This document shows positions 46,304 through 56,799 of a DNA stretch of 64,000 bases, one piece after another (position 1 is the stretch's first letter; each line of letters begins with the position of its first letter). Both the position numbers and the translations under genes were made by a program. The stretch lies in the NCBI GenBank assembly GCA_963730185.1, contig CAVSQW010000004.1, forward strand, positions 64,001 through 128,000, in the 5' to 3' direction. Below the pieces are notes generated by a model, which saw nothing but the letters and a program-made list of their open reading frames with translations, did no database searches and had not been told where the DNA came from. This stretch comes from an uncultured Gemmatimonadales bacterium (lineage in GTDB: Bacteria; Gemmatimonadota; Gemmatimonadetes; Gemmatimonadales; GWC2-71-9).

Positions 46304-47461
46304 GTGCGATACGACGTGGCGGTGGTCGGTCTTGGCGCGATGGGCAGCATGACCGCGTGGCGGCTGGCCCGGCGAGGGCTCAAGGTGATCGGCTTCGACC
46401 GCTTCCATCCTCCGCACGCCAACGGGTCGTCGGCCGGGCTCAGCCGGATCATTCGGGAGTGCTACTTCGAGCAGCGGTACTACGTCCCGCTGGTGCAGCG
46501 GGCCTACGGGCTCTGGGCCGAGCTCGAGCGGGCCTCGGGGCGGACCCTCTACACCCGGACCGGGGGGCTGAACATCGGGCGGCCCGAGAGCGCGATCGCC
46601 TCCGGGGCGGTCGCCAGCGCGGAGGCGTTCGGCATCGCGGCCGAGCTGCTCACCGCCGCCGAGGTGCACCGCCGGTTTCCGCCGTTTCGCCTCCGGTCCG
46701 ACGAGGTAGCCCTCTACGAACCGCGGGCCGGGGCGCTGATGCCCGAAGACGCGATCGCGGCCGCGCTCGAGGTCGCCGCCGGGGCGGGCGCCGAGCTCCG
46801 CTACGACGAGCCGGTGCTCGGCTGGGAAGCGACCACGCCGCTCCGGGTTACGACGTCCCGGGGAACGATCGAGGCCGAACGGCTGGTGCTCGCCGCCGGC
46901 GCCTGGATGGCGGGCGACCTGCCCCGCCTCGGCGTGCCGCTGACCCCGACCCGGCAGGTGCTCTTCTGGCTCGAGCCCGGGGGCGGGCGGCAGCGCTTCG
47001 CGGCCGACCGCTTCCCGGTCTTCATCTGGCAGTGGAGTCCGGGCCACTCGATCTACGGATTCCCCGATCAGGGGGTCGGCCTCAAGGTGGCGATCCACCA
47101 CGAGGGGCAGAGGGTCGATCCCGATCACGTGGACCGCACGGTGCGGGCGGCCGAGGCAGCGACCTTGCTCGAGGTGCTGGGCGAGATTTTGCCCGACGCG
47201 GTGGGGCCGGTTACCCGGTCGTCGGTCTGCCTCTATACCAACACCCGGGACGAAGACTTCGTGATCGACTTCCATCCCGACGACGCCAGGGTGGTGGTCG
47301 CGAGCCCGTGCTCCGGCCACGGCTTCAAGTTCGCGTCGGCGGTGGGCGAAGTGCTGACCGACCTGGTGACGAGCGGCGGCACCGACTTCGATCTCACGCC
47401 CTTCCGGGTGAATCGAGCGGGACTGGTCGGGCCCCGGCTCCAGACGGACGCGCACGGGTAA
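46304..47461 (+). CDS. solA: N-methyltryptophan / monomeric sarcosine oxidase family
   Basis: VVGLGAMG, GSSAGLSRIIR, VCLYTNT (flavinylated Cys position), SPCSGHGFKF. Confidence 0.88.
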   Translation: MRYDVAVVGLGAMGSMTAWRLARRGLKVIGFDRFHPPHANGSSAGLSRIIRECYFEQRYYVPLVQRAYGLWAELERASGRTLYTRTGGLNIGRPESAIASGAVASAEAFGIAAELLTAAEVHRRFPPFRLRSDEVALYEPRAGALMPEDAIAAALEVAAGAGAELRYDEPVLGWEATTPLRVTTSRGTIEAERLVLAAGAWMAGDLPRLGVPLTPTRQVLFWLEPGGGRQRFAADRFPVFIWQWSPGHSIYGFPDQGVGLKVAIHHEGQRVDPDHVDRTVRAAEAATLLEVLGEILPDAVGPVTRSSVCLYTNTRDEDFVIDFHPDDARVVVASPCSGHGFKFASAVGEVLTDLVTSGGTDFDLTPFRVNRAGLVGPRLQTDAHG

Positions 47462-47469
47462 AGGCGTCG

Positions 47470-48723
47470 TCAGGCCGGTCTCGGCGGCGCCTCCCGTTCC
47501 AGCCGCTCCCGGGGCAGGGCCAGCCAGAGGAGGGCCGAGAGCACGGCCACGCCGGCCCACACAAGGAGCAGCGCGGTCCAGCCCCAGGCCTCCTGCATGC
47601 GCGGCACCGCCCAGATCGAGATGATGCCGCCCAAATTCCCCATGAAGTTGAGTACCCCCCCGGCCGCGCCCGGGTTGCGGTGGCCCATGATGGTGGCGGT
47701 GGTCCAGAACGGGCTCTCGGTGGCATTGATGCACCCGACCGACAGCGAGAGCGCCGCGACGGCGAGGAAGGCGTTGGACAGGTTGGCGCCGATCACCACC
47801 AGCGCCGCCGCGGTCAGCAGGCCGCCCATCGCGACCCGTCGGCGGGCCCGGCCGGCCGGCATCCGGCGGGCGAGTCGGTCGACGGCGAGGCCACCCAGCG
47901 GGCCGAGCAGAAAGGCGACGAAGTAAGGCGCGCTTCCCCAGACGCCGCTCGCCAGCACACTGAAGCCCCGGCCCTCGACCAAGTAGCGAAAGAACCAGAA
48001 GACGAACACGAAGAAGACCGCCGCCTCCATCACGTAGGCGAGGCCCAGAATCATCAGGTCGCGATCGAAGAGGAGCGCCAGCGAGGCCCGGAACTGGGCG
48101 CCGAGTGGCGGCATCAGGCCTCGCTCCTCCCGGCTCGGCGGTGGGGGCGCCGCCCCGAACCAGACCACCGCCATCAGGAGGGCCACCACCCCGCTCGCGA
48201 GGAACACCGGCCGCCATCCGGCCCGGACCATCAGGGGGGCCAGTGTGAGCGGGGCGAGGGCCGCGCCGAGGAGCGCGGCCGCGATGAAGACGCCGTTGGC
48301 GGTGGCCCGGCGGTCGGCCGGGACGTGGCGGTAGATGGCCATCGCCCCCACCGGGTAGGTGGCGGCCTCGGTCACGCCGAGGAAGAACCGGGCCCCGAAG
48401 AGCGCGAAGAACGCGGCGCCGGCGGCGGGTGGCAGCAGGCCCGACGCGAACGAGGCCACCGCCCAGCCCAGGAGCGCCAGGCCGAGCACCAGGCGGGCGC
48501 CGAAGCGGTCACCGAGGAAACCGGCCGGGACCTGGAACAGGGCATAGGCCAGCTGAAAGCCCCAGGCGGAGATGGTGCCCATGTCCTTCATGCTGAGCCC
48601 GAGCTCGGGCGCCAGGTACTCCTGGGCGATCGAGATGTTGGTCCGGAGGGCGTAGCTCACCAGGCTCACCAGAGCCAGCAGCACCACGAGGCGGACGGGA
48701 TGCTTGGTCGACCGCGTCATCAC
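47470..48723 (-). CDS. MFS transporter (ACS-like)
   Basis: SYALRTNISIA, FQVPAGFLGDRFGAR, RFFLGVTEA, GWRPVF. Confidence 0.9.
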   Translation of the reverse strand: MMTRSTKHPVRLVVLLALVSLVSYALRTNISIAQEYLAPELGLSMKDMGTISAWGFQLAYALFQVPAGFLGDRFGARLVLGLALLGWAVASFASGLLPPAAGAAFFALFGARFFLGVTEAATYPVGAMAIYRHVPADRRATANGVFIAAALLGAALAPLTLAPLMVRAGWRPVFLASGVVALLMAVVWFGAAPPPPSREERGLMPPLGAQFRASLALLFDRDLMILGLAYVMEAAVFFVFVFWFFRYLVEGRGFSVLASGVWGSAPYFVAFLLGPLGGLAVDRLARRMPAGRARRRVAMGGLLTAAALVVIGANLSNAFLAVAALSLSVGCINATESPFWTTATIMGHRNPGAAGGVLNFMGNLGGIISIWAVPRMQEAWGWTALLLVWAGVAVLSALLWLALPRERLEREAPPRPA

Positions 48724-48840
48724 ACCTCGGGGGCGGGGGCCGCCGGCGATGGGAACACCGAGCCGTCGCCGGCGCGCTTGCGACGCCGGGAGCGGCAGGA
48801 TACGATGCGAGGGTCAAAATCCGGGAACCAGTCCAACATT

Positions 48841-50586
48841 ATGGGACATCCCCCCTTCCAGAACCGGCGCGCCCTCGTCGCCGGGCTGATCCTCGTTGGC
48901 CTGGTCGCCGGGGCACGACCGGTCGCGGCGCAGGGCGCCGTCGGACACCCGCGGTTCGGCGTCTGGATTCCGATGCGCGACGGGATCCGGCTTTCGGCCA
49001 ACCTCTGGACGCCGAGCGACAGCGGACGCTACCCGACGATCCTGATCCGAACGCCTTACGTCAAGACCGCGCAGTTCCGGCGCTATGGGCTGGCCGCGTA
49101 CGTGGAGCATGGGTACGCCGTGGTCCTCCAGGACACCCGCGGGCGGGGTGACTCCGAGGGCGAGTTCGATTTCTACTTCCCCGAGGGGCGCGACGGGTAC
49201 GACACGATCGAGTGGATCGCCCGACAGCCGTGGTCCAACGGCCGGGTGGGGATGGACGGGGGGTCGTATCTCGGGACCGTCCAGTGGTTGGCGGCTCGCG
49301 AGCACCCGCCGTCGCTGGCCTGCATTGCGCCGACGGCGCCGTCCGGGCGGATCTTCGACGAGCTGCCCTACCTCGGCGGCGCCTTCCGGATGGAGTGGGC
49401 GCTGCCCTGGCTCAACTCGGTTGCCGGCCACGTGGCGCAGGACGAGCTGGCCGGTCTGGTGGACTGGGGCCGGGTCGCCGCCCACCGGCCCCTCCTTACC
49501 ATGGACGAGGCCTTCGGCCGGCCGATGCGGCTCTACCGCGAGTTCCTCCAGCACCCGACCCTCGACGACTACTGGCGTCGGCTGGTGTTCTCCCCGGCCG
49601 ATTTCGCCGCGATCGACGTCCCCGCGCTGATGGTCACGGGGTGGTTCGACGGCGATCAGCCGGGGGCGCTGTCGTACTGGGACGGGCTGGAGCGCCACAA
49701 CAGCCGCCGCGGCGATCGGTTCCTGATCGTGGGTCCCTGGACCCATGCGATGACCTACCTCGGCGGGGGCGACAAGGTCGGCGAGATCGCGCTCCCCCGG
49801 AATTCGGTGCTGGACATTCAGGCCATCAGGATCGCGTTCTTCGACTGGTGTCTCAAGCGGTCGAGCCCGCGGTTCGACGAGCCCCGGGTTCGGGTCTATC
49901 TCACCGGCGCCGATCGATGGGTCGACGCCGATCGCTACCCGCTGCCCGAGGCCACGATTCGCGAGCTCTACCTCGGGAGCGACGGGGCCGCCAATTCCGC
50001 GGCCGGCGACGGTCGGCTGACCTGGGCCCCCCCCGGGCGGGAGCGGGCCGACACCTTCACCTTCGATCCCCGGCATCCGGTGCCGTCCAAGGGCATCACC
50101 CAGGACCATCGAGACATCGAGCGGCGGGGCGACGTGCTGGTCTATACCTCGGCGCCCCTTACCGTGCCGGTCGATCTGCTGGGCCGGGTGTTCGTTCGCC
50201 TCGTGGCGGCCAGCGACGCCGTCGACACCGACTTCACCGCCAAGCTGCTCGACGTGGACCCCGACGGGCGGGCGGTCCTGCTCGGTCCCGAGGATGTCGG
50301 CGTTCGCCGGGCCCGGTACCGGAGCGGCTATGAGCGCGAGGTCTCGCTCACCCCCGGTGCACCGACCGAGCTCGAGATCGAGCTCTTCGACATCGGCCAC
50401 CGCTTCGGGGTCGGTCATCGGATCCGGGTGGAGATCTCCAGCAGCGGGTCGCCCTTCGTCGATCCCAATCCGAACACAGGTCTTCCGATCGCGACCGACA
50501 CCACCTGGCGGGTCGCGCGGCAGACGGTTTATCACGAGTCCGGGCATCGGTCGCGGGTGCTGTTGCCGGTACTCCCGACCCCCTGA
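48841..50586 (+). CDS. CocE/NonD family hydrolase (secreted)
   Basis: PMRDGIRL, RTPY, QDTRGRGDSEG, GGSYLG, GWFD, GPWTH. Confidence 0.92.
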   Translation: MGHPPFQNRRALVAGLILVGLVAGARPVAAQGAVGHPRFGVWIPMRDGIRLSANLWTPSDSGRYPTILIRTPYVKTAQFRRYGLAAYVEHGYAVVLQDTRGRGDSEGEFDFYFPEGRDGYDTIEWIARQPWSNGRVGMDGGSYLGTVQWLAAREHPPSLACIAPTAPSGRIFDELPYLGGAFRMEWALPWLNSVAGHVAQDELAGLVDWGRVAAHRPLLTMDEAFGRPMRLYREFLQHPTLDDYWRRLVFSPADFAAIDVPALMVTGWFDGDQPGALSYWDGLERHNSRRGDRFLIVGPWTHAMTYLGGGDKVGEIALPRNSVLDIQAIRIAFFDWCLKRSSPRFDEPRVRVYLTGADRWVDADRYPLPEATIRELYLGSDGAANSAAGDGRLTWAPPGRERADTFTFDPRHPVPSKGITQDHRDIERRGDVLVYTSAPLTVPVDLLGRVFVRLVAASDAVDTDFTAKLLDVDPDGRAVLLGPEDVGVRRARYRSGYEREVSLTPGAPTELEIELFDIGHRFGVGHRIRVEISSSGSPFVDPNPNTGLPIATDTTWRVARQTVYHESGHRSRVLLPVLPTP

Positions 50587-50604
50587 GGCGACCGCCGTCA
50601 CGAG

Positions 50605-52833
50605 ATGGAGCGCGTCATGACACGATGGATTCGTCTGGTGACCGTCGCCCTGGTCGCCGCCGTGCTGCCCGGCGCGGCGGAAGCCCAGGCTCGGGGGATG
50701 GCCCTGTTCGGCGCGATGGTCGGCGGCAACCTGGCCCCGATCACGGGCACCACGGACGTCCGCTGGCTCCCGGACGGGATGGGTTACCTGGAGCGCGACT
50801 CGACCGCGGCTGGATGGCGCTACTTCAAGGTGGATCCACCGACCGGCCGCCGAAGTCCGCTCTTCGACGCCGGCACCACCGCGGCGCTTGGCCGGGAGCT
50901 CGAGCGGATGGGGCGACCGAAGGCCGCGGCTCTGCCGTTCGGTGATTTCAGGTACGAGCAGGCGGGTCGGTCGATCCGGTTCACGCTCGACGGCGAGCAG
51001 TACCTCTTCGACCTTGGGGCTCGGGCCCTCCGAAGGCTCCGGATGCCGAGGCGGGTGGGCCCGCTCGACCAGGCGACCACCGAGGCGGGGACCTTCTCGC
51101 CCGACTTCCGTTGGTACGCCTTCATCCGCGACTACGACAACCTCTTCCTGTGCGACACGGAGACCGGCCGGGAGGAGCGGCTCACGACCGGGACCTCGGA
51201 GAACAACCTGGTGGGCTTTCTCGACGCGGGGCCGTGGTACGTCTGGTCGCCCGACGGGAAGCGGGTGGCCTATCTCACGGCCGATCAGAGCGAGATCTAC
51301 CGCTATCCGCTGCTCCACAACCTGGAGCCCAAGGCCACGGTCGAGCTTTTCCGGTACCCGCTTACCATCAGCCCCAATCCGACCCTCACCCTCCACGTGA
51401 TCGACGTGGCCACGAAGGTCGATCGGGTCATCCTCACCACCACGCAGGAGGATCCGTACCTGCGGGACATCGTCTGGCTCGACGACGGGAGCGAGGTGAC
51501 GTTCCGGGTGGTGGGGCAGTGGATGAACCATCGGGAGCTCCGGGCGGCGGATCCCGAGTCCGGCCGGATGCGGACGATCCTGGTCGACTCGCTCGATACC
51601 TACTTCGACCCGGAGGACGGCTACCGCCAGCTGAGCGACGGCCAGCACTTCACCTGGAGCTCGGAGCGGAGCGGGTGGAAGCAGCTGTACCTCTACGACC
51701 GCTCGGGGCATGAGGTCCGCCAACTGACCACCGGGGAATGGGACAAGGGGCCGATTGCGGGCGTCGACGAGCGGGGCGGGTGGGTCTACTTCACGGGGGC
51801 CACGCGGCTCGGGCTCGAGCAGCACCTGTTTCGCGTCAAGTTGGACGGGACGGGGCTCGAGCGGCTCACCCCGGAGCCCGGAATGCACTCCACCTCGATG
51901 GACCCCTCCGCCCGCTGGTTCACCGACCGCGCCTCCTCGCTGACCATGGCCCCGCGAGTGACCCTGCGGTCGGCCGCCGGCAAGGCGCTCCGGACGCTGG
52001 CGACCACTGACACGACCCAGGTCGCGGCGCTCGGCCTTCAGCCGCCCGAGCTGCTGACCCTCCAGACCGCCGACGGGCAGCCGATGCACGGGATGCTGTA
52101 CCGGCCCGCGGACTTCGATTCGACCCGGAAGTATCCCGTCATCGTGAGCGTCTATGGCGGTCCCCACACCAAGGCTGTCCACGACAGCTGGGAGACGACC
52201 GGCTTCTCGGCCGCGATGACCCAGCTCGGGTTCCTGGTGGCGGAGTTCGATGCCCGCGGCACCCTTGGTCGCGGCAAGGCCTTCCAGGCCGGGAACTATC
52301 TGAAGATGGGGCAGGTGGACGTCGACGATCAGGCGGCGGCGATGAAGCAGCTCGAGGCGCGTCCCTACGTCGACGCGAGCCGGGTGGGGGTCACCGGCAT
52401 CTCGCACGGCGGCTACATGACGCTGATGATGATGCTCCGCTATCCCGACGTGTATCAGGTCGGCGTGGCCGGCGCACCGCTCACCGATCTTCGGAACGGC
52501 CCCCGTCAGTACATCGGGCGCTTCATGCGGACCCCCGCCGCCAACCCCGACGGCTACGAGAAGGCCAACGTGCTCAACTACGCCGATCGGCTCCAGGGGC
52601 GGCTCCTGATCTACCACGGCACCAAAGACCAGAACGCGGTGATCGGGAACACGATGCAGCTGGTGCGAAAGCTGGTCGATCTGGGCAAACCGATCGACCT
52701 GATGATCTACCCGGAAGGGGTCCACGTGCCGGTGGGGCTCGACGCGCCCCATAGCCTTCGGACGATCGTGAGCTACTTTCTGGAACATCTCCGTCCCGAT
52801 GGTTGGGAGGCGAGCCGGGCCGCGATCTGGTAG
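50605..52833 (+). CDS. S9B / DPP IV-like peptidase
   Basis: DPPIV-N propeller; KYPVIVSVYGGP; GISHGG; HGTKD; YPEGVH. Confidence 0.92.
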   Translation: MERVMTRWIRLVTVALVAAVLPGAAEAQARGMALFGAMVGGNLAPITGTTDVRWLPDGMGYLERDSTAAGWRYFKVDPPTGRRSPLFDAGTTAALGRELERMGRPKAAALPFGDFRYEQAGRSIRFTLDGEQYLFDLGARALRRLRMPRRVGPLDQATTEAGTFSPDFRWYAFIRDYDNLFLCDTETGREERLTTGTSENNLVGFLDAGPWYVWSPDGKRVAYLTADQSEIYRYPLLHNLEPKATVELFRYPLTISPNPTLTLHVIDVATKVDRVILTTTQEDPYLRDIVWLDDGSEVTFRVVGQWMNHRELRAADPESGRMRTILVDSLDTYFDPEDGYRQLSDGQHFTWSSERSGWKQLYLYDRSGHEVRQLTTGEWDKGPIAGVDERGGWVYFTGATRLGLEQHLFRVKLDGTGLERLTPEPGMHSTSMDPSARWFTDRASSLTMAPRVTLRSAAGKALRTLATTDTTQVAALGLQPPELLTLQTADGQPMHGMLYRPADFDSTRKYPVIVSVYGGPHTKAVHDSWETTGFSAAMTQLGFLVAEFDARGTLGRGKAFQAGNYLKMGQVDVDDQAAAMKQLEARPYVDASRVGVTGISHGGYMTLMMMLRYPDVYQVGVAGAPLTDLRNGPRQYIGRFMRTPAANPDGYEKANVLNYADRLQGRLLIYHGTKDQNAVIGNTMQLVRKLVDLGKPIDLMIYPEGVHVPVGLDAPHSLRTIVSYFLEHLRPDGWEASRAAIW

Positions 52834-52890
52834 GCGGCCCGGGGGCGGAGGGCCATTCCCCGATTCATTCCAGCAGGAGGGAGGCGAGGC

Positions 52891-54807
52891 ATGCCCCGCG
52901 CGTTTCGTGTCGTCCTTACCGGCCTGGCGCTCTGCGGCGCCGCGTGCGGCCGCGACTCCTCCACCGGCGCCGACAGGGTCTCGGAGTTCGGCCGCTACGA
53001 GGGCTACACGCCCGAGATCTTCTCGGAGTGGGTAACGGCCAGCCACTACGTGACCATGCGCGACGGCGTCAAGCTGGCCGTCGACATCACCCGGCCGGCC
53101 CGGAACGGCGTCGCCGTGGACACGGCCCTCCCGGTGGTGTGGACTCACTCCCGCTATCACCGGAAGGTGCCCTCGGCGGCTGCGATGGCGGCGAGCCAAG
53201 ACCTCGGCAACCTCCGGCCGGGCGAGCAGCCGCACGTCGTGGCCCCCGATTCGGTGCCGCCCGAGACCGGGTACGTCGACGCCCAACGGTCGCTCCAGCA
53301 GCTGGTCAAGCACGGCTACGTCGTGGTCACCGTGGGGGTCCGCGGCAGCGACGTGTCCTACGGGCGCTATCAGGGGCTCTTCTCGCCGGCCGAGACCCGG
53401 GACGCCTACGACGTGATGGACTGGATGACCAAGCAGCCCTGGTGCGACGGCAACATCGGGATGTTCGGCGGGTCGTATCTCGGGATCACCCAGTACATGG
53501 CGGCCAGCACCAAGCACCCCGCGCTCAAGGCCATCTTTCCGACGGTCGCGGCCTTTTCCATGTACGACGTGCTCTACGACGGCGGGGTTTATCGCCAGAA
53601 CATGATCCAGCACTGGGGGATCCTGACCCGGTTCATGGACGTGGCGGTGACCGCCACCCCGGTCGACGAAGACGAGATGGGCCGGATGGCCAAGGAGGCC
53701 GTGGCTCAGCACGCCGACAACTGGAACGTGATCGAGGAGTACCGGAAGGCGCCCTTCCGCGATCACGACACGCCGGATTTCGCCTGGAGCCGTGGGGAGC
53801 CGGCCGAGCTCCTGAGCGACATCAACCAGTCGGGCGTCGCGGCGTACCATTGGGGCGGGTGGTACGACATCTTCGCCCGCGACGAGATGCTCTGGGAAGC
53901 CAACTACACCGGCCCCGAGCGGGTGACCATGGGCCCCTGGTCGCACGCCTTCACCACCGACAGCGTGATGGCCGCGCAGCAGGCCCAGTACTCGAGCGCC
54001 GAGCAGTTCCGCTGGTTCGACCGCTGGCTCAAGGGCATCCGGAACGGAGTCGACACCGAGCCGCCGATCCACTACGCCCTGATGGACGACCCGGGGCGGT
54101 GGACCTGGAAGAGCGCCCGGGCGTGGCCGCCGGCCGGGGTCACCGACGCGAGCTACTACTTCGCCGGAGGCCCGTCCGGCAGCGTGGGCTCGGCCAACGA
54201 CGGCCTTCTCGTGGCCGATTCGACGGGGGCCAAGGGCGTCGACGTGTACCAGGTCGATCCCACCACCACCACGGGCACCGCCACCCGCTGGGACAACGCC
54301 GTGGGGCAGGGCCCGATGCGGTATCCGGACATGGCGGCGAACGACGCCAAGGCGCTCACCTACACCACCGCGCCGCTTGCGAAGGACGTGAAGGTGGTGG
54401 GCCACCCGGTGGTGACGCTCTACGTGTCGAGCGACCAGCGGGACGGTGACTTCTACGCCCTGCTCGAGGAGGTCGACTCGACCGGGCACTCGCGCTACGT
54501 CTCGGAAGGGATGCTGCGGGCGTCACACCGGAAGGTGTCCCCGGCGCCTTGGAACAACCTCGGGCTTCCGTACCACCGGAGCTATCGCGAGGACCTCGAG
54601 CCGCTGACCCCGGGAGAGACCGTGGAGCTGGCCTTCGACCTCGAGCCGACCGCCACGGTGTTCAACGCCGGCCACCGGATTCGGGTAACGATCACCGGGG
54701 CCGACACCGACAACACCGAGCCGGCCCCGGTCAAGGGCCGGCCGACCATCACGATGCGTCGGGGCGGAGCCCAGGCCTCGATGATCAAGCTGCCGGTCAT
54801 GCCGTGA
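52891..54807 (+). CDS. CocE/NonD family hydrolase (probable lipoprotein)
   Basis: GGAGG RBS; ...CGAACG lipobox-like; MRDGVKLA; GGSYLG; GWYD; GPWSH. Confidence 0.9.
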   Translation: MPRAFRVVLTGLALCGAACGRDSSTGADRVSEFGRYEGYTPEIFSEWVTASHYVTMRDGVKLAVDITRPARNGVAVDTALPVVWTHSRYHRKVPSAAAMAASQDLGNLRPGEQPHVVAPDSVPPETGYVDAQRSLQQLVKHGYVVVTVGVRGSDVSYGRYQGLFSPAETRDAYDVMDWMTKQPWCDGNIGMFGGSYLGITQYMAASTKHPALKAIFPTVAAFSMYDVLYDGGVYRQNMIQHWGILTRFMDVAVTATPVDEDEMGRMAKEAVAQHADNWNVIEEYRKAPFRDHDTPDFAWSRGEPAELLSDINQSGVAAYHWGGWYDIFARDEMLWEANYTGPERVTMGPWSHAFTTDSVMAAQQAQYSSAEQFRWFDRWLKGIRNGVDTEPPIHYALMDDPGRWTWKSARAWPPAGVTDASYYFAGGPSGSVGSANDGLLVADSTGAKGVDVYQVDPTTTTGTATRWDNAVGQGPMRYPDMAANDAKALTYTTAPLAKDVKVVGHPVVTLYVSSDQRDGDFYALLEEVDSTGHSRYVSEGMLRASHRKVSPAPWNNLGLPYHRSYREDLEPLTPGETVELAFDLEPTATVFNAGHRIRVTITGADTDNTEPAPVKGRPTITMRRGGAQASMIKLPVMP

Positions 54808-55759
54808 TCTCGCCCCGGCTCCGCCGGAGCACGTGATACGCGGCCACCAGATCCTGGGCCACGACGCCGAGCGAGTTGTAGAGGGTTACCTCGTCGTCGT
54901 CGCCGCGGCCCGGGATCTCCGCCAGCACCAGGCGACCAATCTCGCCGACGATGTGATCCTCGCCGATGGCGCCTTCCTGAATCGGAAGCAAGAGGTCGCC
55001 GCCCTCGTTCATGGTCGACTCGAACGAGTCGACGTACACCCGGGCCCGCACGATCAGGGCGGTATCGGCCTCGCGGGTCGTGGGGGAGTGCGCCCCGACC
55101 AGGTTCACGTGCGCGCCGGGCTTGACCCACTCGCCTCGGAGTACGGGAGTGGGTGAGCCGGTGACCGTGCAGATGAGGTCGGCGGCCGCGACTTCCTCGG
55201 CCGAGGCGGGCTCGACCGGGAGTCCGTGTCGCTCGGACTCCCGCTCGGCGAAGGCCCGTACCTTCTCGGGCGACCGGCCCCAGACCTTGACCGACTCGAT
55301 CGGCCGGACGGCCCGCATCGCCTCGAGGTGGGTCGACGCCTGCACCCCGGTCCCGAAGAGGCCGACCGTCCGGGCGTCGGAACGAGCCAGGAGTCGGGTG
55401 GCGAGTCCACTGGCCGCCGCGGTGCGGAGCCCGGTGATCTCGGCCCCGTCGAGCAGCGCCGTCGGCGTGCCGGTCTCGTGGTCGAAGAGCGCCACGAAGC
55501 CCTGAATCGCGGGGAGCCCGCGGCCGGGATTGGCGGGATGGAGACTGATGATCTTGGCGCCGTAGACGCGGGGCGCCGCCGACGAGCCGGGCATCACCCC
55601 GAAATATCCGCTCCGATCGATCAGCGGCATGATGATCCGCGGTGGCGTGGCCACCTGCCCGGTCGACGCCGCCACCATCGCCTCAGCCATCGCGTCGACG
55701 CAGGCGGGCATGGGCAGGAGCTCGCGGATCCGTCCGGCGTCGAGGTAGTCGAGTGGCAT
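54797..55759 (-). CDS. Ornithine cyclodeaminase / mu-crystallin family
   Basis: MPG, GAK, ITGLRTAAAS, GTGVQA, HVNLVGA, TLYNSLG..QD. Confidence 0.92.
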   Translation of the reverse strand: MPLDYLDAGRIRELLPMPACVDAMAEAMVAASTGQVATPPRIIMPLIDRSGYFGVMPGSSAAPRVYGAKIISLHPANPGRGLPAIQGFVALFDHETGTPTALLDGAEITGLRTAAASGLATRLLARSDARTVGLFGTGVQASTHLEAMRAVRPIESVKVWGRSPEKVRAFAERESERHGLPVEPASAEEVAAADLICTVTGSPTPVLRGEWVKPGAHVNLVGAHSPTTREADTALIVRARVYVDSFESTMNEGGDLLLPIQEGAIGEDHIVGEIGRLVLAEIPGRGDDDEVTLYNSLGVVAQDLVAAYHVLRRSRGEITA

Positions 55760-55873
55760 CGCAAAGGCTCGCTGGTCTGGGGTAATCGGGTCGGGCCGGG
55801 TGCCCGGGGTCGCGAAACGTGCGAGGAGTGACCGCCCGCTGTCCAGCCCGAGGGGTTGCCGGTCGTCCGGTCG

Positions 55874-55920
55874 GGTGGTACGCTTTCGCAAACGGTGGTA
55901 CGCCATCCCATTTGCTGGGA
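55874..55920. promoter_or_regulatory. Candidate regulator sites between the divergent OCD and IclR genes
   Basis: Exact direct repeat GGTGGTACGC at 55874 and 55894, followed by TCCCA-N5-TGGGA (55906-55920). Confidence 0.45.
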
Positions 55921-55924
55921 CGCC

Positions 55925-56740
55925 GTGACCGCGCCGTCCGGCGCCGTTCCCCGACCTTCGGACGCGATGCTTCGCAAAGCCAACGCCGTGCTCTCGCTCT
56001 TCACCCCCGATCGGCCGGAGCTGGCCGTGACGGAGATCGGCGAGCTGTTGGGCCGGCCGCGAAGCACGGTGTATCGGATGCTCGGGACCATGGCCGCGGA
56101 GGGGTTTCTCGACCAGGATCCGGCCACCGGGCGTTATCGAGTCGGGATGCGGCTCGCGGCGCTGGGCGAGCTGGCCCGGAGCTCGACGTCGCTCCAACGG
56201 GTGGGGCACGAGGTCCTGCTCGACCTGGCCGAGGCCACCGGCGAGCTCGCGTCGCTGATGGTGCCCAGCGGCGACGAGGGCGTGACGGTCGACGTGGTCG
56301 AGAGCTACCACCCGCTCAAGATTCCGGCCCACCTCGGCGGTCGGTTTCCGCTCCACGCCACCGCGGGCGGCCGGGTGATGTTGGCTGCCCAGCCCGAGGA
56401 TGTCGTCGAGCACGCCCTATCGCGACCGTTGGCGAGGGTCACGTCGGCCACGATCACCAGTCCGGACCGGCTTCGGCGGGAGCTAGGGAGGGTCCGGCGC
56501 CAGGGCTACTCCGTGGTCGAGGGCGAGTGGCTGGCGGACGTCAACGCGGTGGCGGCCCCGGTGCGCGATCATCGCGGCGCCCTGATCGCCGCGGTCGGCG
56601 CGGCGTCGCCGCCGACCCGCTGGAAGTCGTCGCACCGACGTGGCATGATCAAGACGGTGGTGGCCCATGCCGACCGGCTCTCTCGCGCCCTGGGCCACAC
56701 CCCCTCGGCCGGCAACGGCGACCGCCCCGCTCGGCGGTAG
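55925..56740 (+). CDS. IclR family regulator
   Basis: EIGELLGRPRSTVYRML, LHATAGGR, RVRRQGYS, AVAAPV. Start is GTG 55925 or ATG 55967. Confidence 0.92.
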   Translation: MTAPSGAVPRPSDAMLRKANAVLSLFTPDRPELAVTEIGELLGRPRSTVYRMLGTMAAEGFLDQDPATGRYRVGMRLAALGELARSSTSLQRVGHEVLLDLAEATGELASLMVPSGDEGVTVDVVESYHPLKIPAHLGGRFPLHATAGGRVMLAAQPEDVVEHALSRPLARVTSATITSPDRLRRELGRVRRQGYSVVEGEWLADVNAVAAPVRDHRGALIAAVGAASPPTRWKSSHRRGMIKTVVAHADRLSRALGHTPSAGNGDRPARR

Positions 56741-56799
56741 CCACGGTCCGCCGAGCCTTTTACCTCGACTGTTCTCTCACCCGATCGCCGGACGAACCG

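Noticed and set aside
46237..48840. Apparent 1449-aa giant CocE fusion
   Set aside because: The upstream part is off-frame over solA and antisense to the MFS gene. The real gene starts near 48841 with a signal peptide.
48814..54489. 1891-aa minus-strand ORF
   Set aside because: Antisense shadow of three clear plus-strand genes. It has no motifs, and long shadow ORFs are expected at this GC content.
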